Below, in pieces: positions 25,401 to 40,400 of a stretch of DNA of 64,000 nucleotides. The notes beneath the pieces are model-generated. The model worked only from the letters and a program-made list of their open reading frames with translations. It searched no databases and was not told where the DNA came from. This DNA is from Negaprion brevirostris. Taxonomy: Eukaryota. Both the position numbers and the translations under genes were made by a program. Numbering within the stretch: position 1 is the first letter of the stretch; each line of letters starts with the position of its first letter. The DNA is taken from positions 121,708,459-121,772,458 of the forward strand of contig JARDVH010000132.1 in assembly GCA_030324005.1 (NCBI GenBank), read 5' to 3'.

Positions 25401-28400
25401 NNNNNNNNNNNNNNNNNNNNNNNNNNNNNNNNNNNNNNNNNNNNNNNNNNNNNNNNNNNNNNNNTTTGACCTCAGTCTTCAAAATATTTATAGTGAAGTT
25501 AGAGGTAGTTTTACTTCTTCTAGCAGTTGCAGATTAACTATTAGTGTATCAGTGGCAGAATAATGTGAAGTTAGCAATTTAAATTGAAAAATTGTGATTA
25601 AATTTAAATAGCAGGGAGTGGCACAGTGATTAGAACTGCTGCCTCACTGTGTCAGGGACCCAGGTTCAATTCCAGTCTTGGGTCACTGTCTGTGTGGAGT
25701 CTGCATGTTTGTCCTGTGCCTGTGTGGGTTTCCTTCACGTGCTCCAATTTCCTCCCACAATCTGAAAGACGTGCTGGTTAGGAGCATTGACCCGACCAGG
25801 TGCTGGAGTGTGGTGACTCGGAGAATTTCACAGTAACTTCATTGCTATGTTAATATAAGCTTGTGACTGATAAATAAACTTAAACAAAACCTTTAAATCA
25901 CTTTGTAGGATGATTCCCAATGCAGCACAAGTGTCCAGAGGAAGTTAATACTTCCGGACAATTACTAGGTAAACCCTCACCTGGGAACTTTGAGAGGCTT
26001 TTCTTTGTGCGTCTTTGGGGTACTCCCCAAATCCAACACTTGGGAGGCAGGGTATTACAGGCCACGGATTTAGATTAAAGGAAGAAGTTTACAATATAGC
26101 CAAATAGTAAGCCTGAGATTTGGCAGGATTTAAATTCAGCAATGAATGGCCAAGAAATTGACAACAAAAGAGAAAATAGAATGGGCGAGTGAATTAGCAA
26201 AATACATAATAAGATATGTACCTATGGGTATATAAGAAGGAAGAGATTAGCTGAAGTAAACCTGAGTCCCTTACATGCAGAGACAGGAAACATTATAATG
26301 AAGAGTAACAACAATGCACAGATATTAAATGAATATTTTACATCTGCCTTCACATTAGAAGAAACAAACAAATTCTGGAAATGGTGGTAACCAAGAGACT
26401 AGCGGGAATGAAGAATTTAAATAAATTAGTTTGAGTAGATAAGCATTATTGCAGAAATTAATGCAACTATGAACTGACAAATCCCATGGTTCTGACAGCA
26501 ATCATAGTTCCATTGGTTTTGATTTTCCAGAATTCCTTAAGGTTTTAGAAAGGTCCCCATATATATTGAATGGTAACAAATATAACAAAGGAGGGAGAGA
26601 GAGAGGGCAGTTAGCCTGATACCTCTTCAGGAAAATGCTAAAAACTGTTATTAGGGATGTGGTAACAGGGGACTTAGAAAATCATTATATGATTGATCAG
26701 AGGGAACACTGTTTTATTGAAGGGAAATTGTGTTTTACAAATTTATTCAAGCTTTTTGAGATTGAGGTGGATAGGCAGCATTTGGATTTTCAACAAACAA
26801 TCAGGAAAGTTCACTAAAGAGGTTATTACAATTGAGCAGGAGGACCTCATTAGCAGGATTAGCTCAGAGAAAATATGTCAAACTGGTGGCATATTTTCTT
26901 TGTTGCTGGGTAGGGGCGAAGCTTCAGTGGCTCCATTTTCCCTGAAGAGACATTGCAGGGAAAAAGAAAATGAGACCATTTATATTGGAAAATGGTTGGA
27001 TAATGTCCAATGCCTTTGAATATTTTTTGGTGAACATTTTGTTCCTGGTCACTCTACTAAAGATACAAATCATTGAAAAGACAGCCAATTTCCATTCAAT
27101 TATCTCAGAGATTTTATTATAAATATCTGGGCCAAATCATATGGGAGAGCTGATGCTGGCTGTCTCCCCAAGCAGAAAAGTCTCCAAAAGGACCCACCCC
27201 ACAGTCACAATGCGATAATGAGATGCGGGTGGGTTTAATTGTAGGATTTGGCAACTCCATCAGTCCCAGCAGCGCTAAGGGGTGCATTAGTGAATGAGTC
27301 CAGGACAACAAGAAGTGCAAGAAGACTCAAGGATCCACAGAAATAGTGAGTTTGGGGTCTTGGTCAGGAAAGGGGACATAGGGATGGCAGGGTTGGGCTT
27401 AAGGCTAGGAGGTATTAACATCCCATAGCTCTCCAAAAGAAAAGGAATTTGAAACAAAATGGCCCAATATGTCCAGTGACACTTCAGTGTGCCATTTGGT
27501 TATTTTCTGGCCGGTGATTTTTCCAAATTCATCGAATATGTAATTCACTCAGATGAAGAATTTGCCCATGCCATAAAATCTTTGGCACAGGCAGCCAGCA
27601 GGAGGGGGCAGCCTGATTATTTTACCTAGCTTCTTCAAAAGGCAGGGTTTGCTCTTTGGGGCCTTGTCTTTATGGATTCCCTCAGATTAAACACAACCTC
27701 TTACTAACCCCCTCCTAGCCTTAAGCCCAACCCTGCCATCCCCATGTCAGTGTCGGTAGGATTGGCAACTTTTTCTGCCAATTTCTGGAGCCTACCCATT
27801 GCCCTTATTATTGTGGTAAGCTTGGGGTTGGGTGGGAAGGTTGTGGATTTGCACCCGCCTTATTTTACGTGTCTCCCCACTCCCCCCACCAGAAACCCTT
27901 CCATCAGGGGCATGTAAAAAGTAACCCTTTATTTCTATTCAGAGCAATTGCTGTGCTTTTATTTCGTAATCTCACTTGATATGTTTCCCTGCCATTTAAC
28001 GATGACTGCCAACACCCAATCTTCAATACAAACAAAGTTATTAGCAATAATGTGTCGTGATAAGTGAGCGTTTTCTATTCCAGGAATCCATAGAATCATT
28101 ACGGTGGCTTTGGAAGATGCTGCGAACTTTGATGAGATTCATTATATTGATGTTGGAACTGGATTTGGAATCAAGCAACAGCTATCAATTGAAATGGATG
28201 ATATCGAAAATGCTTTGCTTAAACAAATAGTAAGTGATCTTGGGAAAAGCAAGGCAGTATTAACATTCCGTAGCTCTCCAAAAGGAATGGAATTTGAAAC
28301 AAAATGGCCCAATATGTCCAGTGACACTTCAGTGTGCTGTTTGGTTATTTTTTGGCCGGTGATTTTTCCTAATTCACCAAATATGTAATTCACTCAGATG

Positions 28401-31400
28401 AAGAATTTGCCGTTCAGTGACTTAAGTATAGTGAGAAGCTAATCACACAATGCATGCTGCTATTAAAAATATTCATGTGTTTTTGCAGAGTGCAGCTATG
28501 GAAACAAAGTGCTGTAATGCCCTTTGCACGTGCTTTGGTGAACGAGGTCCAATTGGTTTGCAAGGGATCAAAGGGCAGAAGGTAAATTAATAATATGTTT
28601 GAAATTTTAACAGCTTCATGACACATAATTATTCATTTGGATTTAGAAAGAAAAGTGCAGTGCCTTTCCTATTAATTACTCAATAAATATGATGTTGTTG
28701 TTTTAGGGACAGCCAGGTGTGAAGGGATTTCAAGGCTACCCAGGGGAAGAAGGAGGAATGGTAAGTGTTAACAGACATAAACTATTTTCATTGACATGAT
28801 GAAAAATGCTTCTGTTTTTGTTTGTCTCTGGGGCATTTTATTAACCTTTTGGCTAAGATCAAACATCAGATCAAGCTGAAGATGGCGTGCAATGCAATTC
28901 AACTATTGAAGAGTACATAGTGNNNNNNNNNNNNNNNNNNNNNNNNNNNNNNNNNNNNNNNNNNNNNNNNNNNNNNNNNNNNNNNNNNNNNNNNNNNNNN
29001 NNNNNNNNNNNNNNNNNNNNNNNNNNNNNNNNNNNNNNNNNNNNNNNNNNNNNNNNNNNNNNNNNNNNNNNNNNNNNNNNNNNNNNNNNNNNNNNNNNNN
29101 NNNNNNNNNNNNNNNNNNNNNNNNNNNNNNNNNNNNNNNNNNNNNNNNNNNNNNNNNNNNNNNNNNNNNNNNNNNNNNNNNNNNNNNNNNNNNNNNNNNN
29201 NNNNNNNNNNNNNNNNNNNNNNNNNNNNNNNNNNNNNNNNNNNNNNNNNNNNNNNNNNNNNNNNNNNNNNNNNNNNNNNNNNNNNNNNNNNNNNNNNNNN
29301 NNNNNNNNNNNNNNNNNNNNNNNNNNNNNNNNNNNNNNNNNNNNNNNNNNNNNNNNNNNNNNNNNNNNNNNNNNNNNNNNNNNNNNNNNNNNNNNNNNNN
29401 NNNNNNNNNNNNNNNNNNNNNNNNNNNNNNNNNNNNNNNNNNNNNNNNNNNNNNNNNNNNNNNNNNNNNNNNNNNNNNNNNNNNNNNNNNNNNNNNNNNN
29501 NNNNNNNNNNNNNNNNNNNNNNNNNNNNNNNNNNNNNNNNNNNNNNNNNNNNNNNNNNNNNNNNNNNNNGGAGTGGGATAGCTTGATCTTGGGTTCGGAC
29601 ATAGCTTGGCACAACATTGAGGGCTGAAGGGCCTGTACTGTGCTGTGCTGTTCTATGTTCAATGTCCTATGTTCTATTTCTGGACAGATAGCGGAGGCCT
29701 CATTTGAAAAAAACCGGTGAGCTACAGGCATTGAATGGGGGCCCCGCTTGATACAGGCCTGTCACTATTGGGCGTATTCTTGACTGCCAACCTAACAGCA
29801 AGGAATGTCCAGGATGAGTAGTGAGCTGTTTGACAATGGAGGAGAAGGGAATCCAGTGCAGACGATTCCCTGGTTATTTTTGTAGCGTTCCTCCTGGCAA
29901 AAAAAAACTTGGTTTAAACCTTACTTCATAGATTCATGGAGGTTTACAGCATGGAAGCAAGCCCTTCAGCCCAACTTTTACATGCTGCCCAGTTTTTACC
30001 ACTAAGCCAGCCCCAATTGCCCACATTTGGCCCATATCCCTCTATACCCATCGTAACTGTCTAAGTGCCTTTTTTGTAAAAGACAAAATTGTACTTACCT
30101 CTACTACTGCCTCTAGCATCTCATTTCATACACCAACCACCCTCTGAGTGAAAAAATTGCTCCTCTGGACCCTTTTGTAACTCTCCCCTCTCAGCTTAAA
30201 CATATGCCTTCTAGTTTTAGACTCCCCTAGCTTTGGGAAAAGGAAAAAAAGACATCTTCAGCGACATTGCTCATTAAACTATTGAAGAGTGCACAGCATT
30301 TGTTCTGACCTGCGTTTCCTCAAATAGTTAAGGTTCTCTATATGTCAGGCGATCCCGACTTGCTTTAGAAGGTAGATGCTTGGCGCAGCCAATTGTCATG
30401 TTTCTGAAAGTGGCAGCAAGTTGATCATTGACAGTAACAGAGAGGCATGTGCAGTTAAAAGATGCTAAAGTGACTTTTTAGATTCATTTGGTGTCTCTGA
30501 TGAAATTTACATGGAATTTTGAGTTCGGAATTTGAACCACTCCAGGGTTATTCTGAAGGGTTCTAATAAGACTTGAACATTAAAAAAATTAATGAATGGG
30601 ATGTGGGTATCGCTGGCTGGACCAGCACATACTGTCGATCCCTAATTGCCCTTGAGCTGACTTTTTGAACTGCAGCAGTCCATGTGATGTCGGTACACCC
30701 ACAGAACTGCATAGGAAGGAGTTCCAGGATTTAGACCCAGTGACAGTGAAGGAATGATAATATATAATCCCAAGTCTGGATGGTGAATGACTTGAAGGGG
30801 AAGTTACAGGTGGTGCTGTTCTATACCTCATCTGCCTCTGTCCTACTAGATGGTCATAGGTTTGGAAGGTGTTATCTAAGGAGGCCTGATGAGTTCCTGC
30901 AGTGCAAGTTGTAGACAGTACATACTGCTGAATATGGGAGTGACTATTTGTGGATGGAGTGCCAATCAAGTGGGCTGCTTTATCTTGGACGGTGTTGATC
31001 TTCTGGAGTGTTGATCTTGTTGAAGCTGAACTTGTGCAGGCAAGTGAGTCAGGCCACCCAGAGTCAGTTAGCTCAGTTGGCTGGATGGCTGGTTTGTGAT
31101 GCGGAGTGCCGCCAACAGTGCGGGTTCAATTCTGTTAACGGCTGAGGTTATTCATGAAGGCCCCGCCTTCTCAATTTCGCCCCTCACTTGAGGGATGGTG
31201 ATCCTCATGTTAAAATCACCACCAGTCAACCTTCCCCCTTCAAGGGGAGAGCAACCTATGGTCATCTGGAACAATGGTGACTTCACATTTACATTACTCA
31301 TGCAGGCAAGCTGAGAATATTCCATCTGACTCCAGACTTGAGCCTGATAGCTGGCGGGCGGGGGGTGGGTGGTAATGTCACACGATGAGTTACTCGCTGC

Positions 31401-34400
31401 AGGGGAAATCGTAACAAAATTACCTAAGTTTGTATTTCCTTCCCACTAAATAAAATACCGAATAAAAAGCAGCAGGAAATAGTTGTTGATACATTCTAGC
31501 CCAGCCAGGAGGCAAAGGGGGAAAGGTTTCCTTGCTGAAGCAGTACATTGCAGATCATGTCATTTCTCCAGGAGATACACAGTATTGTGGTCTAAGTGGC
31601 TTTCCATATTGATTTGATTGAGGAACACTAGGCTGGCTGTGCAGGTAGCAGCCCACAGTCCTCTCTGTATCCAGGGAATCCACGTAGTCTGCAAGCAGCA
31701 CAGTAAATTTCTCTCCCATTTCGCCTAAATATCTCACATCGCATGTGCAAAGAAAATAAATCAGCAGACTGCCATTTAGAAGTTCTGAGCTCATTCCTTC
31801 CATCCATTTCATAGTCTACTGCTGATTAGCATTCTCCCTTTGCTCTAAAAAAAATTGAATTATCCAATGATTTGTATTAAACCAAGTACATAATACAACA
31901 AAGGTGTAAATTTACATTGTAAATCAGGTCATTTGAATTCAGAAAATTTGATTGAGGTGGAGTAGACAGTGTGGCTAAGCTTGGAAGGTTTGCAAGTATT
32001 GCTGCATGAATCCACTTAACACGAGTCTGTATAAATCATCTTATTAAGATGTGCTGAGTAGAAATACGTCAGATCCAGAACATGACCAATTATAGTTATT
32101 CTTTTCTTTTGTCTATAGTAAAGTTGACTTTTTGATTCTACTAATATAACCCAGCTGTTTGTCAGCTGTACTGGCATCGCGTCTCAGCTGAAATCCATTT
32201 GTTATTAGTCAAGGGAATGCTAGAAGCAGATTTTCACAAAAACTCAGTGACGTGTGGACAATCGCATGATTTTTTTACTTTTTTTTGTATTTTTACATTA
32301 GTTTACATTGGTTTAAGTGTCTGGGACAAATGATGATTCACTGTCTTTTTAGTTGTTGATGGCTTAATTCCATCCTTTCATATGATGAATGATGCAAGCA
32401 TCTTTTTAAACTTTTTCCTTTGTGCTGAACTGGTCCTACCTCTCCTGCTTGATTGAATGCAACTGTGTTTATCTTTTCCTCTTGATCACAAAATACCTCC
32501 AAATATCTGCTCAATAACTGACATATGTAGCTACAAATGTGGATTCCATAACTGAGGTGTGACTCAATATTAACTTGCAGGCCAGTTGTGAATGAGGAGG
32601 CTCTGATATCACAAGGGCAGAACCCAGAAATAAAATCATCATCAAAAATGCTGGAAAATCCCAGCAGGTCTAACAGCATCTGTGCAGAGAGAATAGAGCC
32701 AAAGTTTCCCGTCAGGATGACCCTTTGTCACAGCTGATAACAAGGAAGATAGGACAAGATTTTACTATGAGGATGAGAGGTGGAGTGGAGGTTGGGGGGC
32801 TTAGCAGAGACAGACAGACAAAGGGAATGAAAATGGTGATGATAAAGACTGAGAATGGTGCTAAGAGTGTCCATTAAGAGATTGGAATGTGTAAGTGACA
32901 GAACAAAGATTTGATTTGTTTTGATTTATTGTCACTTGTACTAACGTACAGTGAAAAATATTGTTTCTTGCGCGCTACACAGCATACTGTTCACAGAGAA
33001 GGAAACGAGGGAGTGCAGAATGTAGTGTTACTGTCATAGCTAGGGTGTAGAGAAAGATTAGAGAGTTTAGAAGAGTTAGAATGAAGTTTTAGAAGGATAG
33101 AATGAGAGTCAAAGATAGAATTAGAAGGTATGCTGGGCACAGCTTGTAAGAAGTCGCCTCGATCCGGCGCCATCTTGGAAAAAGAAAGGTGCACAGTGTC
33201 AAGGGACTACCTGAGGAATGAGGTCTAGTGGGGTAGGGGTTTGGATAAAGATGGAAAGCGAGATTTTGTCAACATGTCCATCCTTGGTCTTTTGCAATGT
33301 TCAAGTCAACCCAATGAGAGGAACAATACCTCATCTTCCGATTGGGCACTTTACAGCCTTCTGGACTGAACATTAAGTTCAACAACTTCAGAGCATGAAC
33401 TCTCTCTCCCTTCCATTCCATCTCTATTTATTTTATTTCATTTCTTCTTTTCATTAATTCATCCACTTTAATTTACTTATATTCTTTTTACTCTTCTCTT
33501 TCTAAAATCTCACTCTCCATCTTGATCGGGGTGCCATTTTTAAAGTGTGCCCTGATAAAAATACTTAAAAATATAACCCCCTGGATGTCCCCCTCACACC
33601 CACTCATGCAGCACCCTCCAGGATAATCCTGTTGGCACTGCACCCCCTGGACTGGCTGCACAATGTCAGGATACTGCCTGGACATTACTGTCTCCCCACT
33701 GGGGAATGCACTCACCTTTGATCTTCCAGTGGGTTCTGCTCACTAGGTACACATTGTGGGAGGCCTGTCATGACTTCCGAATGGACGACAGAGTGGGGCA
33801 ATTCATCAGGCATAAGCCCTGATTATTATACTTAAATGTATCCAAATGGGGATTCCGACGTTCAACATCAGGATTCCTGTTATGTCACTGGCGGATGGGT
33901 AGGGGACAATTGGAATGGGAAATCCTACCAGCGTAAACGGTGTTTCCGCAGCTGAAAATTTCCTACCCCCAACCCGATCCCTTGACTTGAGCAATGCTGA
34001 ATTTTTAACTCAGTCAACTTAGCTCTAACATACTTTAAAAACCCTTTTGTAGCCTTAAGAGTTCAACTTGAATTTCCCAGTTCACCTTTCCTGCTACAAC
34101 TATGTGTTTCACAGCTACTTGCTGAGTACTTTTTTCTCTCACTCCCTCTTTTGCCCCTCTCATTTTCTCTCCTCCTCTCAGGCTGAAAGCAGTTTTCTTA
34201 TAAAGAGCATTCACTTTTTCTTAAGGCAATTACATTATCTCTAATACTGGATTCTAATATTGATCTGGATTTTACAGTAATCCCCAACTTTGTGACAATT
34301 CAGTTATGCCTGGATTCTTATGGCAATTCCCAACCTATGCCAATTACCCATTGATTGGCAATGTCCTCTGCAAATGCTAACTTCCTAACACGTGCTATTG

Positions 34401-37400
34401 TACTGTGGCAGCACGTTGGTACAGTGGCTAGCACTACTGCCTCACAGGGCCAGGGACCCAGATTCAATTCCGGCCTCGCTCAACTGTGTGAAGTTTGCAC
34501 TTTCTCCCCGTGTCTGCGTAGATTTCCTCAGGGTACTCTGGTTTCCTCTCTCAGTCCAAAAATGTGTAGGTTAGGTTGATTGACCATGATAAATTTACCT
34601 AGTATCTGGGAGATTAGCAGGATAGATGTGTGGTGTTATGGGAATATGGATTGCGGTCAGTACAGATTTGATGGGCTGAATGGCCTCCTTCTGTTCTATA
34701 AGGATTCCATGAATCTATGATANNNNNNNNNNTTAACGTTTTCTCCTAGTAAGAGCCTCCTTAATAAGTGTCCCAAAACAAATATCTTTGGCAAGTAACT
34801 TATTTTGTAGGCAGTTTTTGCAACATTCAACTTCTACTCAAATATTTGCAACTCCTGGACAATGGAAAGATGCATCTGGTTTCCTTGACCTTGCACCCTT
34901 CATTTCAAATTAAAATTCCAACAGTCAATTCATTCTTCTAGCCACTGACCCTCCTAATTTTGGCACCTGCGTACTATAAATGTTCGACACACTGGAGCCC
35001 AAATGTGTTCCAGCTACAACTCCACATGTTCTTTCTTAAAACTACAGTATAGCAATTTCGACATTTAAATATATGCCAATTTCCTTTTTTTTATTCATTC
35101 ATGGGAAGTGGGCATTACTGGCTGGCCAGCATTTATTGCTCTTCCCTAGTTGCTTGAGGGCAGTTGAGAGTCAACCGCATTGCTGTGGCTCTGGAGTCAC
35201 ATATAGGCCAGACTAGGTAAGATCAGCAGATTTCCTTCCCTAGAAGGCATTAGTGAACCAGATGGGTTTTTCTGACATTCGACAATGGTTTCATGATCAT
35301 CAGCAGATTTTTAATTCCAGATTTTTTTTATGGAACTCAAATTCCACCACTTGCTATGGTGGAATTCAAACCCAGGTCCCCAGAACGTTAGCTGAATTTC
35401 TGGATTAATAGTTGAGCGATAATACACTGGGCCATCATTTCCCCTAACAACATTAGACTAACATATAAGCTTACGAACAGTACAGTTTGATAACTTAAGC
35501 CTTATTAATGACAAATGTCTTAATGAGGTGAAGTCTAACAGACTCCCTTCCTTGAATTTGAGATAAACAGTATCCACCCAACATCCCTTCAAGTTTTCAT
35601 TGTAAATGTACATTCCTAAATCTGGTTTTGTTTCTTTGAAGAGTTGGATCTTGAAGACTTTGTCTCATCTGAAAAAACACTCAGGGTGGGATTTCTGGCT
35701 GCCTCGCCCCAGAACCAGAAAATCACACCTGAGGTCAACAGACCTTTGCATGGTCCACATCACCCACTACCCCCAACCCTCGCCCACTACGATTCCAATG
35801 GCGGACAGGACAAGAACGTTCCACCCAATGTGCAGCATTTAGCTTATATAATCCTGCATTCAATTTATTGGGAATGGAACCTTCCATTTAATCTTCCATT
35901 TCTTCATTACCATAATTCATACCCACTATTGCATCCCCAATTTAATAGTCAAAATTCTTGACCTTTTTCTCACAAAAAATGCCTTTCAGCCCATTCTTTG
36001 TGTCAGTTTTACGCTCCCACACTGGTGGGTTCTGAGGTTAGGAATGGTGGTTGGGGGAACATGAAATTGCATGGATGAACTTTGCTCTTCAGGATGATCC
36101 TGCAGTGGTGAGTGGTTTTCACAAAGCATAAAGTGATACTGATGAAGGCAGAATTAGTGATGAATGGCTAAGCCCGTTGTGCGACAGATATGCTTGGATA
36201 TGTGGAAGTGAAGATAGAGGTTGTAACTTGGAAAGCAATTGGGATGGGAGAGAATTAAGATATTTCTTGGAGCAAGAGCAACAGAGACCGAGAGGGGGAG
36301 TGACTGAGTCAATTAACAGCTGGGATTAAGTGGTTTCCTTGAAGAGTATAAAGGGTGTCAGAATAGAGTTAAGAGAGCAATCAAGAAGAGGACATGAAAT
36401 TGCTTTGACAGATAAGGCAAAAGAGAATCCAAAGAGCTTCTACAAACATATAAAGGGCAAAAGAGTAACTAGGGAGAGAGTAGAGCCTCTTAAAGATCAA
36501 CAAGATTATCTATGTGCAGATTCATAAGAGATGAATATTTCTCATCAGTATTTACTGTTGAGAAAGGCACGGGTGTTCGGGAACTTGGGGAAATAAATAG
36601 TGATGTCTTGAGGAGTGTACATAAAACAGAGAAGGAGGTGCTGGAAGTCTTAAAGCGCATCAAAATAGATAAAACCCCAGGACCTGGTGAGGTGCACCCA
36701 GGACGCTAGAGAGGAAATTATGGGTCTCCTAGAAGAAATACTTGAACAATTGATAGTCACAGGTAAGGTGCCTGAAGATTACAGGATGGCAAATGTTGTG
36801 CCTTTGTTTAAGAAGCGCTGCAGGGAAAAGCCTGGGAACTACAGCCTCAATCTGTAGTGGGTAAGTTGTTAGAAGGTATTTTGAGAGAAAAGATCTTTAG
36901 AGATTGCAAGGACTGATTAGGAAAAGTCAGCATGGCTTTTGAGTGGAAAATCATGTCTCATAAATTTGGTTGCGTTTTTTGAAGGGGTAACCAAGAAGGT
37001 AAATGAGGGTTGTGCAGTTGATATTGTCTACATGGACATTAGCAAGGCCTTTGACAATGTGCCACATAGTAGGTTATTGCATTAGGTTAACTCTTATGGG
37101 ATCCAGGGTGAGGCAGCCAAATGGATACAAAATTGGCTTGATGATAGAACCCAAAGGGTGGTTGTGGAGGGTTATTTTTCAAACTGGAAGCCTGTGATCA
37201 GCGGTGTGCCTCAGGGATTGGTGCTGGGTCTGTTATTTGTCATTTATATTAATGGTTTAGAAGAGAATTTAGTCGGCATAGTTAGTAAGTTTGCAGATGA
37301 CACCAAGATTGGTGGCATAGTGGATAATGAAGAAAGTTATCTCCAATTGCAGCGGGATCTTGATTAATTGGGCCAGTGGACTGATGAATGGCAGATGGAG

Positions 37401-40400
37401 TTTAATGTAGACAAATGTGAGGTGATGCATTTTGGTAGATTGAACCAGGGCAGGACTTAGTTAATGGTGGGGCATGGGGAAGAGTTATAGAACTAAGAAA
37501 TCTGGGGGTACACGTTCATAGCTCCTTGAAAGTGGAGTCACAGACTGATTAAAAAAGCATTCGGCCTGCGTGGTTTCATCAGTCAGAACACTGAATACAG
37601 GAGTTGAGACATCTTGTTGAAGTTGTATAAGGCTTTGGTCAGGCCACACTTGGATTACTGTGTGCAGTTCTGGTCATTCTATTATAGAAAGGATACTATT
37701 AAACTAGAAAGAATGCAGAAAAGATTTACGAGGACGCGATCGGGATTTGATGGTTTGAGTTATAAGAAGAGATTGCATAGACTGGGACTTTTTTTTTCCT
37801 GGAGCATAGGAGGCTGAGGGATGATCTTACAGAGGTCTGTGAAAAAATGAGGGGCACAGACCAGCTAGATAGTCAATATCTTTTCGCAAAGGTAGGGGAG
37901 TCTAAAACTGAGGGGCATAGATTTAAAATGAGAGGGGAGAGATACAGAAGTGTCTAGAGGGGCAGTTTTTTATCTCGCACAGAGGGTGGTGAGTGTCCGG
38001 ATCAAGCTGCCAGAGGTAATAGTAGAGGCGGGTACAAATTTAGGTAGTTACATGGGTGTGTTGGTTAGAGAGGGATATGGCCCAAATGCGGGCAATTGAG
38101 ATTAGCTTAGGGGTTTTAAAAAACAGGTGGCATGGCAAGTTGAACTGAAGGGCCTGTTTCCTTGCTGTAAAGCTCTATGATTTTATGACTCTATATACTA
38201 CCGCCCCATCCCACCCCCTCCACTTTGATTCAAACCTTTCCTTTGCAGAAACCCATGTGTAATGCACCTTTTCACATTGACAATCCACCAGCTTGGTTGA
38301 TTCTTACCATGTTTCTTCCTTTGATTTTATTTATTTCAATACATGTTTTACACTTGTTTTTAAAAACTTGTCATTTGTATTTTACATTGGCCTCATCAGC
38401 ACCCAGTAACATTACACATTAAGCCACTCCACAATGCAAACATTACCCTTCTGGAATCTGGTACCAACTATAGATTCTCAGTTTCTATCACCCATTGAAA
38501 TGGTAAACTGTGTTCACTGTTTTCGAGATGTTCTGCTAGCTGAGATCAGACTCAATATGAGACCAGCCACAAAATTAGCCCACTTTGGGCTGGTAATTAC
38601 AATGCTGGAGGAAGCAGTTCTAGGAAAAAAAATCACAGGTTTCCAGTCCTGAACTTCACAACCTCATGTTGTGAAGTGCAAATCTGGGTATCTTATGCAT
38701 GTAACCTGTGAAGAGTGGGCACCTTGTGATGTAGTTCTTTCATGGGGCATGAATGTCGCTTGCTGGGCCAACATTTATCGCCCAGCTCTAATTGCCCTTT
38801 TACTGAACGGTTTGCAGTGGCTATTTCAGAGTGCAACTACATTGCTTGTGGTCACATGTAAATAGGATTTTACGATAATTGATAATGGCTTCAGATTTTT
38901 ATTGAGTTCAGATTTCACCATCTGCCACAGTGGGATTCAAGCCAGGATCCCAGTAACCCTGGGTCTCTGGATCACTAAAGCAGTGACAATACCACTACGC
39001 CACTCCTCCGTTTATAACACCAATTTTAGGCACAACCTGTCATTTTGGATCTCATGACTTCTGTCAAAATCATGTACAGCTGAACTTGAATTCAGCTGCC
39101 TAAGTGGCACTGCCAAGCCCCATCTTCCACATTTGTACAATTCTTTCAGATGAGGTGCATTCATCTGACATCAGCTTGTAGCTGTAGGGTTATTGAAGTG
39201 AAGTGTTACTGAATGAGTAGATAGAAGAACTTTCAGTCAGAATGGAGCGGAGGTGAATTATTGGAAAGATCTGAGCAGTTTTGAGAGGATTCTGTGAGTG
39301 AAACCTGCAGAATAAACCAGATGAATGTTTGCCTCCAGCCTAACTGTATCATTGCTACACTATTGGCTGCAAAGTTCCCATCCAAAACACTCACCATTCT
39401 GACTTGGAACAATACCACCATTTGTTCACTATCACTGGGTCAAAATCCTGGAACTCCCTCCCCAACAGCATGNNNNNNNNNNNNNNNNNNNNNNNNNNNN
39501 NNNNNNNNNNNNNNNNNNNNNNNNNNNNNNNNNNNNNNNNNNNNNNNNNNNNNNNNNNNNNNNNNNNNNNNNAAAACTAGACGGCATAGGTTTAAGGTGA
39601 GAGAGGAGAGATACAAAAGTGTCCAGAGGGACATTTTTTTTACATAGAGGATGGTGAGTCTCTGGAACAGGCTGCCAGGAGTAGTAACAGAGGTGGGTAC
39701 AATTTTGTCTTTTAAAAGGCATTTAGTCAGTAAGATTGGTATAGAGGTGTACGGGCCAACTGTGGGCAATTGGGACTGGCTGTGTGGTACAAAAAGGGCG
39801 ACGTGGACAAGTTGGGCTGAAGGGCCTGTTTCCATGCTGTAAACCTCTATGACTCTGCAACTGTATGATAGCTGCAGAAGTGTGGAGGTGTAGTGGTGGT
39901 GGTGAAAGTTTCGGCAATTGGGATTTAGGGAATGCAGTTACAAGTGACTTAGCGAGAGTTTTTTAGATATATATCACAAACAAAATTAAGGTGAAAGGAG
40001 GTTGTATGTGAGGAACTGAAGTGAATGATCAGTGATGATGTTATCTATATTAGATACGGAAGATGTACATGGCATGGGAGGTGGCACAGTCGAAGGGTTG
40101 GGCTGTGAGTATCAATAGGAGAGTCTATATGGACGTAGAGATTCATTTGTGAAGACTGGGATTCGGAGGAAAGACGAAACATGAAGCTAAAGTGAAGATT
40201 GTGTCTCAGAAGCTGAACAGTGTCTTAGTGCTGATACTAAGCTAGGAAAGCACCAACAACGTACTGAAAAGATAATTGGTGCCTAGATAAATGTGGATAA
40301 TGAGGATTTTAAAGGATAGAGAAAGGGAACTCAGCGAGCTTCTCAGAAGGAGAGAAATTAAGCTATGATTTGGGATTAAGAGCTGCAGTGCAATGGTGGC

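Noticed and set aside
24590-29731. Long ORFs of 237-315 aa
   Set aside because: Almost entirely N-gap translated as X.
31060-31145. tRNA gene
   Set aside because: A/B boxes continue into a SINE body with tail and TSD; no clean cloverleaf.
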